IMG/VR virus record: IMGVR_UViG_2850778813_000004
Source: a virus
Taxonomy: Duplodnaviria; Heunggongvirae; Uroviricota; Caudoviricetes
Length of the DNA: 48,008 nt
Direction: 5' to 3' (one strand)
The notes beneath the pieces were generated by a model. It had not been told where the DNA came from, did no database searches, and saw only the letters and a list, made by a program, of their open reading frames with translations. Positions within the stretch are counted from its first letter, which is position 1. Each line of letters begins with the position of its first letter. This document shows positions 20,637-30,660 of the stretch, in pieces. Made by a program: the position numbers and the translations under genes.

Positions 20637-20719
20637 TTAACACGTAAAATCGGTAACAGCTGGAAATCATTCAATACTCGCACTATCGAAAGTTCGCCAG
20701 CCAGCCGTGGCACGTTCTT

Positions 20720-20830
20720 GCATACGACGTGCTACGGTTTCATTCATCTCCGACCGGAAACTTCTTATACAAAGTCGATACGCCAACATCATAGATGATC
20801 ACCACCTTCTGGCGAGAAACTCCTGATGCA
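20720..20830 (-). pseudogene. C-terminal relic (36 codons) of a Gin/Pin/Hin-type DNA invertase
   Basis: Translation AQAGRQIASGVSRQKVVIIYDVGVSTLYKKFPVGDE-stop contains the conserved helix-turn-helix motif IIYDVGVSTLYKxFP of tail-fibre-switching serine invertases; upstream frame is closed by TAG at 20831-20833. Confidence 0.6.
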
Positions 20831-20952
20831 ATTTGTCGTCCGGCCTGTGCCTATTGCTCCGGCGTGAGAGTAATACAGTAAACTGTAGAAAAAGCCCATT
20901 AAACCTAATATAATAATAAGTTACAGAATTATCTTTACTGAATAATAGATAT

Positions 20953-21498
20953 ATGAATATTAGTGAACTTAAAAAGTGCATACACTATGAAGTAATAGGT
21001 TGTAAACGCCCTTTCTCCTGGCGAAAAGCAATTGTTCGCGCAATAAAACACAGAAGATCACGTTATTTATTTTGGTGGCGCATAGCAAAATATCTTTTTG
21101 ATAAAGGCGGATACCGGCGAAAGATTGCAGGAAAAATAGAACGCTTCATTCTTGATAAATACAATGTAACCGTTCCCTTAACTGTAAATATTGGTAAAGG
21201 GTTCGACATATCTTATCTCAATGGCGTTGTTATCGGTCACAAAGTTACAATAGGTGAAAATTGTTCAATTAAGCCTGGGGTAACTATTGGACTTCGCGGT
21301 GAATTTAATGATATGGATATTGTCATAGGAAATAATGTAACCATTGGCTGTAACGCCACCATCCTTGGTGGCAAAGTGCATATAGGGAATAATGTAAAAA
21401 TAGGAGCTCATGCATTGGTACTGCATGACATTCCTGATGACTCCACATTCATTACCAAATTTCACTCTGAAATTATTTATAATTCATCTCACACATAA
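20953..21498 (+). CDS. Hexapeptide-repeat (left-handed beta-helix) O-acetyltransferase, CysE/WcaB-like, on AT-rich cargo DNA
   Basis: 181-aa ORF; tandem [LIV]-G-x-x-x-x hexapeptides (VIGHKVTIGENCSIKPGVTIGLRGE...IVIGNNVTIGCNATILGGKVHIGNNVKIGAHALV) and CysE-like N-terminal helices; visibly AT-rich relative to flanking phage genes. Confidence 0.75.
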   Translation: MNISELKKCIHYEVIGCKRPFSWRKAIVRAIKHRRSRYLFWWRIAKYLFDKGGYRRKIAGKIERFILDKYNVTVPLTVNIGKGFDISYLNGVVIGHKVTIGENCSIKPGVTIGLRGEFNDMDIVIGNNVTIGCNATILGGKVHIGNNVKIGAHALVLHDIPDDSTFITKFHSEIIYNSSHT

Positions 21499-21508
21499 TT
21501 CCGTTTAA

Positions 21509-22081
21509 TCACAGCTCAGGCCATACGATATCCGGGGCTGTATTTATATCAATCCGACTCACTAATACCCGGTATTTTTTCCAGGAAGATAGCATCGAAA
21601 CCTCCTCATCAGTTGCCATTTCAAAATTAACAGCATCCTGCAGAATTGTTATGTTATCAGTCGCTTCCTGGATTAATCTTGTCTTTTTCTCTTCCGCCTC
21701 CCGGATCCGGAAGAGTTTTTCTGCTTCCGTATCCTTCACCCAGGCTGTGCCGTTCCACTTCTGAAACTCCCCTTCCGGGGATAACCAAGTGACATTTCCC
21801 GGTAATGAGCCGAGTTCAGAAATAAATAACGCGTCGCCGGAAGCCACGTCATAAACCGTTTTACCCCGATGATCTTCAACGAGATGCCACGATGCCTCAT
21901 CACTGTTGAAAACAGCCACAAAGCCAGCAGGAATATCTGGTGGTGCAATATCGGTACTGTTTGCTGGCAGACCTGTATGAGGCGGAATATATGCGTCACC
22001 TTCACCAATAAATTCATTAGTTCCGGCCAGCAGATTATAAATTTTTATGGTCCGTGCTTGTTCACTCATTCTGAATGCCAT
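21509..22081 (-). CDS. tfa: Tail fibre assembly protein Tfa
   Basis: 190 aa starting [37 protein letters not shown]...; start overlaps the stf stop (TAATG). Confidence 0.85.
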   Translation of the reverse strand: MAFRMSEQARTIKIYNLLAGTNEFIGEGDAYIPPHTGLPANSTDIAPPDIPAGFVAVFNSDEASWHLVEDHRGKTVYDVASGDALFISELGSLPGNVTWLSPEGEFQKWNGTAWVKDTEAEKLFRIREAEEKKTRLIQEATDNITILQDAVNFEMATDEEVSMLSSWKKYRVLVSRIDINTAPDIVWPEL

Positions 22082-23447
22082 TATGCAAGCCTCACAATAT
22101 AGTTAAATGCGATGTTTTTGACGGTGTTTTCCGCGTTACCCGCAGCGTTAACGGTGATGGTGTGTCCATGTGAACCAATCGCAACGGAGTGCGTATGCGC
22201 ACCAATACCTACAGTATGTGCATGTGCGCCAGAACTTGCTGCAGTACCAGACAGCGAGTGGGTATGAGCACCTGCTGACTGTGTCTGAATACGTTGATAA
22301 TACGATCTACGGGAAGAAGTCCCCGGGCTTACTTGATACTGTGAATTCTGGACATAAGTGAACCCACCGCCATCATAAAATGCTAACGCAGAACCGCCGC
22401 CTCCTGGCCAACGAATACCATTACCATGAGTATGAACACCGGCAGACCCCGTAGAGCCACTCAGACTGTGCGTATGCGCCCCGGTGTTATTCGTGGATTT
22501 AGTGCCGTAATCAAACGACGATGTGGTTTTCGTCCCCAAATCCGTACTGGATGCGCTGGCGCTGTGGGTGTGCGATTTAATGCCGTCCTGTTCCTGAGAC
22601 AATACGGCCCGACCACTGGCAGGTTTGCCCTTAATCGTCCAGCCACGCATATCAGGGATCACGCCTGACGGATAAGCGGCTGCAAGTTTCGGGTAAGCAG
22701 ATTTGTCAAAAGTCTGCCCCTGCATCAGGGCATAACCAGACGGAACGGTATCTGATGGCCACGGGATTGGTGCGCCGACTGGGTAGCTTTCTGGTGGAAG
22801 ATTTTTCGAGGTATAAACTTCTGCCCAGCCTTCCTCAAAACCATAACCGTCTCTTGAAGAACGGTAGAACAGACCACCATTTCTGTAATGCGCCTTCATC
22901 TGCAGGGTCCGGCAACTTCCGACTCCGGTATAGAAGTTAACCAGAATATAGCTGTCGCCAGAGCGGGTGACATTGTAAGCGCCTGATTCGGCATTCCAGG
23001 GAACGGCTCCATCCGAATCCGCATAAGCCCCCGTCGAACGTCGGGCAAATGCACCAATATTTTCCGGCGTGAGGTTAATATCCGCCGAGCCATCAAACTT
23101 AACACCGTTAATTTTTGGGGCTGCCGCAAGTTTCGTCGCGGTATCGGCGTTCCCCTTCAGTGCCCCGGTGATCCCATCAGTAACAAACAACGGACCTGAA
23201 ATAGTCCCTCCAGTCGTTGGCAGCGCTCCAATATCTGATGGTGTAGGTTTCTGATGTGAGCTATACATCGTATAAACAACACCATAGGTAACGCTGGAAG
23301 GCTTACTCGCTGAATATGTTGGCGAGGTATAAACAGAAACTGACGCATTTGCAGTACAATCCCAATGGATATTTACACTCGTCGCATAATTGGGTGATGC
23401 TGCCAACTTACTGATTTAGTGTATGATGGTGTTTTTGAGGTGCTCCA

Positions 23448-23723
23448 GTGGCTTCTGTTTCTATCAGCTGTCCCTCCTGTTCAGCTACTGACGGGGTGGT
23501 GCGTAACGGCAAAAGCACTGCCGGACATCAGCGCTATCTCTGCTCTCACTGCCGTAAAACATGGCAACTGCAGTTCACTTACACCGCTTCTCAACCCGGT
23601 ACGCACCAGAAAATTATTGATATGGCCATGAATGGCGTTGGATGCCGGGCAACTGCACGCATTATGGGCGTTAGCCTCAACACGATTTTACGTCACTTAA
23701 AAAACTCAGGCCGCAGTCGGTAA
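23448..23723 (+). CDS. insA: IS1 InsA
   Basis: 91-aa ORF, IS1 copy d. Confidence 0.9.
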   Translation: MASVSISCPSCSATDGVVRNGKSTAGHQRYLCSHCRKTWQLQFTYTASQPGTHQKIIDMAMNGVGCRATARIMGVSLNTILRHLKNSGRSR

Positions 23724-23767
23724 CCTCGCGCATACAGCCGGGCAGTGACGTCATCGTCTGCGCGGAA

Positions 23768-24145
23768 ATGGACGAACAGTGGGGATACGTCGGGGCTAAA
23801 TCGCGCCAGCGCTGGCTGTTTTACGCGTATGACAGGCTCCGGAAGACGGTTGTTGCGCACGTATTCGGTGAACGCACTATGGCGACGCTGGGGCGTCTTA
23901 TGAGCTTGCTGTCACCCTTTGACGTGGTGATATGGATGACGGATGGCTGGCCACTGTATGAATCCCGCCTGAAGGGAAAGCTGCACGTAATCAGCAAGCG
24001 ATATACGCAGCGAATTGAGCGGCATAACCTGAATCTGAGGCAGCACCTGGCACGGCTGGGACGGAAGTCGCTGTCGTTCTCAAAATCGGTGGAGCTGCAT
24101 GACAAAGTCATCGGGCATTATCTGAACATAAAACACTATCAATAA
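23768..24145 (+). CDS. insB: IS1 InsB reading frame
   Basis: 125-aa ORF, IS1 copy d. Confidence 0.85.
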   Translation: MDEQWGYVGAKSRQRWLFYAYDRLRKTVVAHVFGERTMATLGRLMSLLSPFDVVIWMTDGWPLYESRLKGKLHVISKRYTQRIERHNLNLRQHLARLGRKSLSFSKSVELHDKVIGHYLNIKHYQ

Positions 24146-26042
24146 GTTGGAGTCATTACCGCATAATTGCCAATCTCAACGTAAATATCATATGTATCGC
24201 CGGATGTGTTGATCCAGGCGAAATTCGTTAATCCGACGGCTGTACGCTTCCACAAAGCCCCGGTAATTCCTTTGGGGTTTCCATTGCCTGCTCGTAGAAC
24301 CAGTTCTGAAATGCCTGCCTGATGTGGGGAACCGACGTTGTAACCAGCGCCACCAATCAATGCGATGTAAACGATGGAACTCGCTTGTGGCATGGTAACC
24401 GTAGCCAGTTTGAACCACCCAGCCCCGCCAGAGAAAGACATCGTTACTGAATTTAAAGTACCAATATCTTTCGGCGTTAATGTTATATCCGCAGTCAATG
24501 CTTTTCCGTTAACTTTTCGGTTAGATGGCACCCTGCTATTCGCATTGTCATTGGCTGCTTTAACTGCTTTTGGCGTTGCGGCCAGCGATTCACTGGTGCT
24601 ATCAACAGCACTGCTAAGTTTCACAACACCTTTAGTTGTAAGGCTTGCGTCTTCCATCGCAACTGCACCGGCAATCTCTTCAGCACGATCAGCAGCAGCT
24701 TCCGCACGGGTCGCAGCGGATTCAGCAGTAGTTTTGCTCTGAGATGCTGCCGTCGCACTGCCTGCCGCCTCTGTTGCCTTCGTGGATGCCGTCGTGGCGC
24801 TGCTCTTCGCTGCTGACGCTTGTCTGGTCGCCTCATCTTTTGAAGCAGACGCCGATGATGCCGATGACGCCGCCGAACTGGCGGACGATGCGGCAGCCGT
24901 TTTTGAGGATTCTGCGCTGGTTTCCGACGCTTTCGCGTTCGTTTCGGATGTCTTCGCTGCGGAAGCAGACCTCGCTGCTGCGCTGGCCTGTTCAGTGGCT
25001 TCGCCAGCCTTCGTTGTGGCTGTTGAAGCAGACGATGCGGAGCTTTCTGCCGATTTTCCGGCGGCGGTGACACTGGCTGAGGCCTGCCCGGCACTTGTTG
25101 ACGCTGCACTGGCAGACGACGCAGCCGCTGTTTTTGAGCCTGCCGCAGCTGAGGCACTCTGTTCCGCTGCCGTTTCAGAAGACCTGGCGTTTGTCTCAGA
25201 CGTTTTTGCCGCCTTCGCAGAATTTGCTGCCGCCGTTGCCGAGGAAGCTGCGCTGCTGGCGCTCGAGGCTGCGTTCGTTTCTGATGATTTTGCCGCCTCT
25301 TTTGAAGCCGACGCATCCCGTGCTGAAGTGGCTGCTTCTGACGCTTTCGTGGTCGCGGTGGATGCAGAAGTGGCTGCTGATTGTTGTGACGCTGCCGCAT
25401 TCGTTTCTGACGTTTTCGCCGCACCGGCACTGGTAGCCGCCGCGCTTTTTGAGGACTCTGCAGCGGCAGCACTTTTTAATGCTTCAGTGGCCTTTGTTGA
25501 TGCCGTTCCTGCGCTGGAAGACGCTGACTGAGCCGACGACGCGGCCTGTCCGGCTGACGTGCTGGCGGCACGTGCTGAGGCTGCAGCATCGGTTGCATGA
25601 GTTGCCGCCTCGCTGGCTGATGCACTGGCATCGCTGGCTGATTTTTTCGCGGCTGCCGTATTCTGTGCAACCGCGGAGGCGTTACGTGACACCTCTTCCA
25701 CCATCTGCTCAAAGCGGCGCAGTGCCTCCGGTCGGACATCATCCTCCGTCATGGCACCGAGAAAATCATTCAGCGTACCTGGTCTGGAACCTTCATAGAC
25801 GGTAATGGTCCCGGCATGTGAAGGCGGAAAACCTTCAACCAGCAGGGTGACGCTGTACTGACCATGCTCAACATCCATGCTGTAACGTCCGGCTTCATCC
25901 GGATTTTCAGAGGCCACCGTGTTCACCACCACCGTGCTGCTGGTTCGTCTGGCCTTCAGCACAATGGTGCAGTTCTGTACTGGTTTTCCTGTGCCATCTT
26001 TAAGCACGCCAGAAATTTTTACTGTCATACTTTTCCACCAAT

Positions 26043-26074
26043 AAAAAAAGCCCGCAGCAGTGACGCCACGGGCT
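26043..26074 (-). terminator. Intrinsic terminator between lom and stf
   Basis: Stem agcccg / cgggct (26049-26054, 26069-26074) followed on the minus strand by a 7-U tract (plus-strand A run 26043-26049). Confidence 0.55.
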
Positions 26075-26179
26075 TCAGGACAGTGTAACTTTACGTTTCC
26101 TCAAACGCAGTTCACCCCATAAAGTGGATGAACCTGCGTATCATAACAATATTTACAGAAGATAAATCGGCGTCTGTTG

Positions 26180-26778
26180 TCAGAAACGGTATCCGATACC
26201 AACAATAAATGCATCCGTTCGCCAGTCGCCACTACCGGAACCTTCATAAGCAAGGTCAACGGCCACGGATTCGGTCGGGTTAAACTGCACGCCAGCCCCC
26301 ACGCCAGAGAGGTATTGCTGTGGCGACCGTCATCACTTCCGGTCAGCACGTCGTGCGTTTTCCCCTTGTTGTCAGTTACGCGGAGATAATCCCCGGAGAA
26401 AGTCGACACACGGCTGTAAGCCACACCCGCCATCGCATACGCGCTGAACCATTCATTCACGCGTACAGACGGCCCCGCCATCACGCTGAACCAGCGGTTA
26501 CGCACGGAATCTTCATGCCAGCGGGTATCGCTGTAGCGCGTTTTTTGCTCATCCTCAGCATTGGCATAACTGAAGGACGTAATCAGCCCCAGCGCGTCCG
26601 TAAACTCATAACGGTATTTCACGTTAATCCCGTTCAGATCATCACTACCGGGAACGTTCGTCGAGGCATGGAGATACCCCGCGCTCAGCGTGGACTGATG
26701 TTCTGCTGCACTCGCTGGCGTAGCAGCGGCGACCTGCCAGACTACTGCGGACAAAATAACAGCACATAATTTACGCAT
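26180..26778 (-). pseudogene. lom: lom outer-membrane protein gene with a frameshift in a homopolymer run
   Basis: Frame from ATG 26778 matches Lom to ...HSNTSLAWG, then the Lom C-terminus (AGVQFNPTESVAVDLAYEGSGSGDWRTDAFIVGIGYRF-stop at 26180-26182) continues in another frame; the switch is at the C5 run 26296-26300. Confidence 0.8.
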
Positions 26779-26800
26779 AATTACCTCTCGCTTTTCTGCA

Positions 26801-26826
26801 ATAAAAAAGGCGCCATTTCTGGCGCC
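26801..26826 (-). terminator. Intrinsic terminator downstream of J
   Basis: ggcgcc-atttct-ggcgcc hairpin followed on the minus strand by a U6 tract. Confidence 0.6.
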
Positions 26827-26845
26827 CGTATCTGGGTTATAAAAT

Positions 26846-29800
26846 TCAGCTAATCGTGATGCCTGCAGTGGCTTTCTTCATCACCACAACCAGCAAATCG
26901 CTGATACTTGCTGTGGGATACCAGTTATTTACCAGCCATGCTGACACCGAAAACTCCAGTGTCATGTGACCGTGACCGGCAGGCATATCAATAACACCAC
27001 TGTAAATCAGCGTATTATCCAGCGCGGTACGGTTATAAATTTCAGCACCGTTTTTCCGCACTATCAGACGGCATGAGGAGTAAATATCAGTATGCTCTTT
27101 CTCATGTTTAGCGCCGCTGAATGCCACCGCCGGAATAACAATCTGCCGGTCAAACGGCTGATCGTCATAAACCCTGACGGTAATGGTTCCTGATGGCCAC
27201 CGCTCTGGTGCACGGGAGTCCCGGGGGAAAGCTTTGCCCACTGTTTTAACGAGATCGCCTTCAATCTGGTTCGCGGACAATTTTCCCAGAACCCGACAGT
27301 TCTCGTTAATAGTGACGTTGTTGAGCGTCCCGGAGTTCGCATTCACGTTACCGCTGATATCGGCATTTTTCGCCGTCAGCCGCCCGTCCGGTGTCAGGGA
27401 AAATGCCGGAGGATTACCGCCGCTGGTAATGGTGGGAGCCGTCAGATATTTCAGGAACACTTCATTCATAAATATCTGATCGCCCTGACCAACAAACATC
27501 GGCTTTGTGTTGCCATTCGCAGGATTAATCATCGCAATCCTGTCTGCCGCCAGCAGCACCTGACTCTGCATTCCTGCTGGCGTATTCTCAATACCGGCAC
27601 CGATACCCGCAATATAAAGGCGTCCGTCCTGCATCTGCTGCAGTTTCACGGCCCACATGCTGTTCAGGTTATTATTTGTATCAACCTGAACTTTCTGTAT
27701 CTGCTGGATTGCCGCACTCTGATTTTCCAGTTTTTTATTGACGGTCTGCGTGATTTCATTGCTGACATTCGTAATGGACGTCCTGATTTCAGCCAGGTCC
27801 GGTGCAAGCTGACCGTTATCAATCTGCGTCCACAGCTCCTGGGCCAGATGTGTTTTCCCGATTTCTCCTTTGAAAAAATCCAGGTAACCTTCCACATCAT
27901 CGCTCGCCCGACCGACAGCCTCCACGAATGCCGATTTGCCAACAGTATTCACACTGCGGATATAAAAATAATAATCATGGCCCGGTTTGATATTGATACT
28001 GGCAGCTATCCAGTACAGCGCCGAGCCAAGATAGCGGGCTGCGGTTTCAACCTGCCTGATATCCGCAATCCGCTTTTCCGAGAACCAGAACTCAAACTGT
28101 ACCGTCGGGTCATAAACGGCAAGATGTGGCGTTGCGGTTATCTGAAAATAGCCCGGCGTCAGTTCAATGGTGGCGGGTTTTGCTGGCGCGTTAATCCGGA
28201 AGGTGGTGGTGGCCGGTTCGCCCTGCTGGCCATAACTGTTAATTGCCCTGACTGTCAGGGTGTATTCCCCGAGCGGCAGACCACTGAAACGATGCTCTGT
28301 ATCCGCAGTGATAGCGGTGGTCACCAGACGGCTGTCTTCTCCGCTTCCGCTGGTCAGTCGCAGACTGAAGCGCACCCCCTTCACCACCCGCGGCGTGTCC
28401 CATTTCGCCTGTGCCAGATACTGGCCGTCAGCTGCGCTCACCTCCACCGTCAGGTGCTGCACTGCCGGTGGGATGACGCTGTTCGGGGAGCCTGACTGCG
28501 GCTCAAAGCGGGCACCGTTATCCACGATGGCTTCTTTTTCCGGTACGTGCTGCACCGCCGTGATGGCAAAGGTGCCGTCCGTGTTTTCCCGGACGGAGAC
28601 ACAGCGGAACAGGCGACGGCGCAGTGACGGCAGGGAGAGTCCCCACACCCCGTATGTCTCCACACCATCAGGCAGGGTACTGACCTGTATCCGGTCCGGC
28701 GCGGGGTGTGCGGTGATGTCCACACTCACCGGCTTACCGCTGCCGTTAATCAGGTTCACCGCCGATGTACCTGTCTCCGGCAGGGTAACCTCACGGTCCA
28801 GCGTCAGGGTGCGGGTGGCAGCATCAATGGACAGGACACGTCCACCGGTCAGGGTCCCGGCATAGTCATTATCACAGATTTCAATAATGTCACCGGGTGT
28901 GTGCCGCAGCCCCTGAGACCCGAGCGTGAAGTCCACCGTCTGCGTTTCCAGCAGTTCGGTCTTTATCACCCACAGTCCGGCACGGTGGGCCTGACCGCGG
29001 CTGGTACAGCCGAACGCGTCCATCTTCAGCAGATTGCGCCCGTAGCGCAGTATGGCTTCCGGGTCTTCCACCAGTTCCGTGGAGGTCTGCCAGCCGTTCT
29101 GCGGGTCGGTGTAATTCACCTCCACCGCCGTGTGCCGGTCCTTCAGGGCACTGAAGCTGTAGCGGAACCCCACGCCGTTATCATCCACCACCACATCGCT
29201 GTTGGTGTACGGCCACACCACATCCGACAGGCGGTCCTGAACAAACGTCAGCATCTGGCCGTTCCATACCGGCATACAGCGCATCGCAGAGCAGAAATCA
29301 CTGAGAACGTCCCACGCCTTACGCTGTTGTGCCAGGTACGCATTAAAGGTCATCCGCGGCTCGGTCCCCCCGAAACCATCCGGGACCGTCTGGTCGCAGT
29401 ACTGCCCGATGGCATACAGCGCCCACTTGTCCACATCCGCCGCCCCCAGACGTTTTCCCATGCCGTAGCGCGGGTGAGTCAGCATGTCCCACAGGCACCA
29501 GGCCGGGTTGTTGCTGTATGCCGGTTTCAGACTGCCGTCCCAGATACCACTGTACGTGCGTTTTTCCGGGTCATAGTTTGACGGCACCTGGATGATGCGA
29601 CCGCGGATATGGTAGTTCACCGTCATCTGCTGACCACCAAACTGCTCCGCATCCACCTGCATCCCCACAATGGCCGTGTTCGGGTAGCACTGTTTCACAT
29701 CGATGATTTCGGTGTATGACGACCACAGCGTTCTGTTCTGCAGCTGGTCCGTGGTGCTGTCCGCCGTCTCCCTGACCATCCGGATGTTAAAGGGGCGGGG

Positions 29801-30319
29801 AGGCAGATTATCCAGAATCACCGAGGCCAGGAACTGTGAGGTGGTCTTGCCGTTAATGGTGACGTCCTTTTCCGTCACCCAGCGGCCATTACGCTGTAAC
29901 TGAATCAGAATCCGGACAGAGGAAGGATTACGGTCGCCCTTTGACGTGGTCTGCACCAGTGACTGCACCCCGAAGGTAACCCGCAGGCGGTCAATGTTCG
30001 CGGACGTAATGGTGCGCGTCACCGGTTTTGCCTTCGTCACTTCCACGCCCAGTCCGGTTTCAGCTCCGGAGGACTCAAAGCCTTCCGGTGGTGTCTGCTC
30101 CTGCTCCCCGGCGCGCCAGACCGCCGTCACACCGTGTATCACGGGATTGCCGTCCGTGTCCGTCAGTGGGGTTTTGTTCACCAGAATACTCTGCAGTCCC
30201 TTCACCGGACCTTCTATCGGTCCCTCACCAATCGCATCAATCACACTCATCATCTGCGTGGATTTGAGATTATCCTTCGCCTCACGAGGCGTGTGTGCCT
30301 TACCGCCACCTTTTCCCAT
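26846..30319 (-). CDS. J: Tail tip / host specificity protein J
   Basis: 1157 aa from ATG at 30319 (SD ggggaagg); [37 protein letters not shown]... and conserved fibronectin-like and C-terminal receptor-binding regions are collinear with lambda J. Confidence 0.9.
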   Translation of the reverse strand: MGKGGGKAHTPREAKDNLKSTQMMSVIDAIGEGPIEGPVKGLQSILVNKTPLTDTDGNPVIHGVTAVWRAGEQEQTPPEGFESSGAETGLGVEVTKAKPVTRTITSANIDRLRVTFGVQSLVQTTSKGDRNPSSVRILIQLQRNGRWVTEKDVTINGKTTSQFLASVILDNLPPRPFNIRMVRETADSTTDQLQNRTLWSSYTEIIDVKQCYPNTAIVGMQVDAEQFGGQQMTVNYHIRGRIIQVPSNYDPEKRTYSGIWDGSLKPAYSNNPAWCLWDMLTHPRYGMGKRLGAADVDKWALYAIGQYCDQTVPDGFGGTEPRMTFNAYLAQQRKAWDVLSDFCSAMRCMPVWNGQMLTFVQDRLSDVVWPYTNSDVVVDDNGVGFRYSFSALKDRHTAVEVNYTDPQNGWQTSTELVEDPEAILRYGRNLLKMDAFGCTSRGQAHRAGLWVIKTELLETQTVDFTLGSQGLRHTPGDIIEICDNDYAGTLTGGRVLSIDAATRTLTLDREVTLPETGTSAVNLINGSGKPVSVDITAHPAPDRIQVSTLPDGVETYGVWGLSLPSLRRRLFRCVSVRENTDGTFAITAVQHVPEKEAIVDNGARFEPQSGSPNSVIPPAVQHLTVEVSAADGQYLAQAKWDTPRVVKGVRFSLRLTSGSGEDSRLVTTAITADTEHRFSGLPLGEYTLTVRAINSYGQQGEPATTTFRINAPAKPATIELTPGYFQITATPHLAVYDPTVQFEFWFSEKRIADIRQVETAARYLGSALYWIAASINIKPGHDYYFYIRSVNTVGKSAFVEAVGRASDDVEGYLDFFKGEIGKTHLAQELWTQIDNGQLAPDLAEIRTSITNVSNEITQTVNKKLENQSAAIQQIQKVQVDTNNNLNSMWAVKLQQMQDGRLYIAGIGAGIENTPAGMQSQVLLAADRIAMINPANGNTKPMFVGQGDQIFMNEVFLKYLTAPTITSGGNPPAFSLTPDGRLTAKNADISGNVNANSGTLNNVTINENCRVLGKLSANQIEGDLVKTVGKAFPRDSRAPERWPSGTITVRVYDDQPFDRQIVIPAVAFSGAKHEKEHTDIYSSCRLIVRKNGAEIYNRTALDNTLIYSGVIDMPAGHGHMTLEFSVSAWLVNNWYPTASISDLLVVVMKKATAGITIS

Positions 30320-30420
30320 ACAGCCTTCCCCTGAATAAATTAACCGCCACTTTCCATTCCGTACAGAAGTCGGATATCCTTCGCCCGAAAAGCATGAAAC
30401 ACATTTCTGCCATGCTAAAG

Positions 30421-30452
30421 AAAACCCCGGTATCAGCAGATACCGGGGTTTT
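30421..30452. terminator. Bidirectional intrinsic terminator hairpin in the I-J spacer
   Basis: AAAA-ccccggtat-cagcag-ataccgggg-TTTT; perfect 9-bp stem, T tracts on both strands. Confidence 0.65.
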
Positions 30453-30523
30453 CTTTCATGCCCACCGATAATCCTGTTGGTTAAAACCGGTAATGGCATA
30501 AAAATTCTGAATATCTTCACATT

Positions 30524-30551
30524 TTCACACACTGACTGTGGCGCTTATAAT
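30524..30551 (+). promoter_or_regulatory. Sigma70-like promoter (-35 TTCACA, 16-nt spacer, -10 TATAAT) antisense to the tail operon
   Basis: TTCACA at 30524-30529 and consensus TATAAT at 30546-30551 within an AT-rich spacer. Confidence 0.5.
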
Positions 30552-30557
30552 TTCGCT

Positions 30558-30656
30558 GCGTTAGTGTTTTTTTGCCCGAGTAACAAAAACAACTCCTTCA
30601 CATTGATCTTCATTTGTCTGTCCCCGCAGCTCCGCGATCACTGCGGGATTTTTTTA
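30558..30656 (+). ncRNA. Candidate small RNA (about 100 nt) from a promoter-terminator unit between I and J
   Basis: Predicted start about 7 nt past the -10; ends at GC stem 30623-30647 plus T7 (30649-30655). No ORF with a ribosome-binding site inside. Confidence 0.35.
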
Positions 30657-30660
30657 TGTT

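Larger units (their letters stand above)
23393..24160 (+). mobile_element. IS1 copy d (768 bp) with perfect 9-bp target-site duplication gcataattg
   Basis: Canonical IS1 ends; gcataattg at 23384-23392 and 24161-24169; inserted within the stf coding sequence. Confidence 0.95.
22081..26028 (-). pseudogene. stf: Side tail fibre gene stf, interrupted by IS1 copy d (would encode 1055 aa if rejoined)
   Basis: N-terminal part 24161-26028 (MTVKISGVLKDGTGKPVQNCTIVLKA..., long Ala/Ser/Thr-rich repeat region) and C-terminal part 22084-23392 (...[10 protein letters not shown]...YIVRLA) are in the same frame once IS1 and one TSD copy are removed. Confidence 0.85.

Noticed and set aside
20665-20790. 41-codon minus-strand ORF (MMLAYRLCIRSFRSEMNETVARRMQERATAGWRTFDSASIE) next to the invertase relic
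   Set aside because: Overlaps the invertase relic in another frame; no recognisable family; probably a chance ORF in decayed DNA.
22841-22871. gix/hix-like recombination site (ttcctcaaaacc...ctcttgaagaa) inside the stf 3' region
   Set aside because: Half-site spacing does not fit the 26-bp invertase crossover site and the sequence encodes the conserved FEEGWAEVY fibre motif; similarity is probably coincidental.
24621-25805. Several long ORFs in other frames and on the opposite strand across the tail fibre shaft region (e.g. 283-aa Arg/Gln/Pro-rich and 249-aa Ala/Asp-rich ORFs)
   Set aside because: They lie entirely within the GC-rich, Ala/Ser/Thr-codon repeat region of stf; low-complexity repeats keep all frames open and the translations look like repeat artefacts. 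The stf frame has the phage-consistent N- and C-termini.
27064-29581. ORFs of 92-291 aa antisense to or out of frame with J
   Set aside because: Embedded in the 1157-aa J gene, which is collinear with lambda J over its full length; no start signals; typical shadow ORFs of a GC-rich gene.
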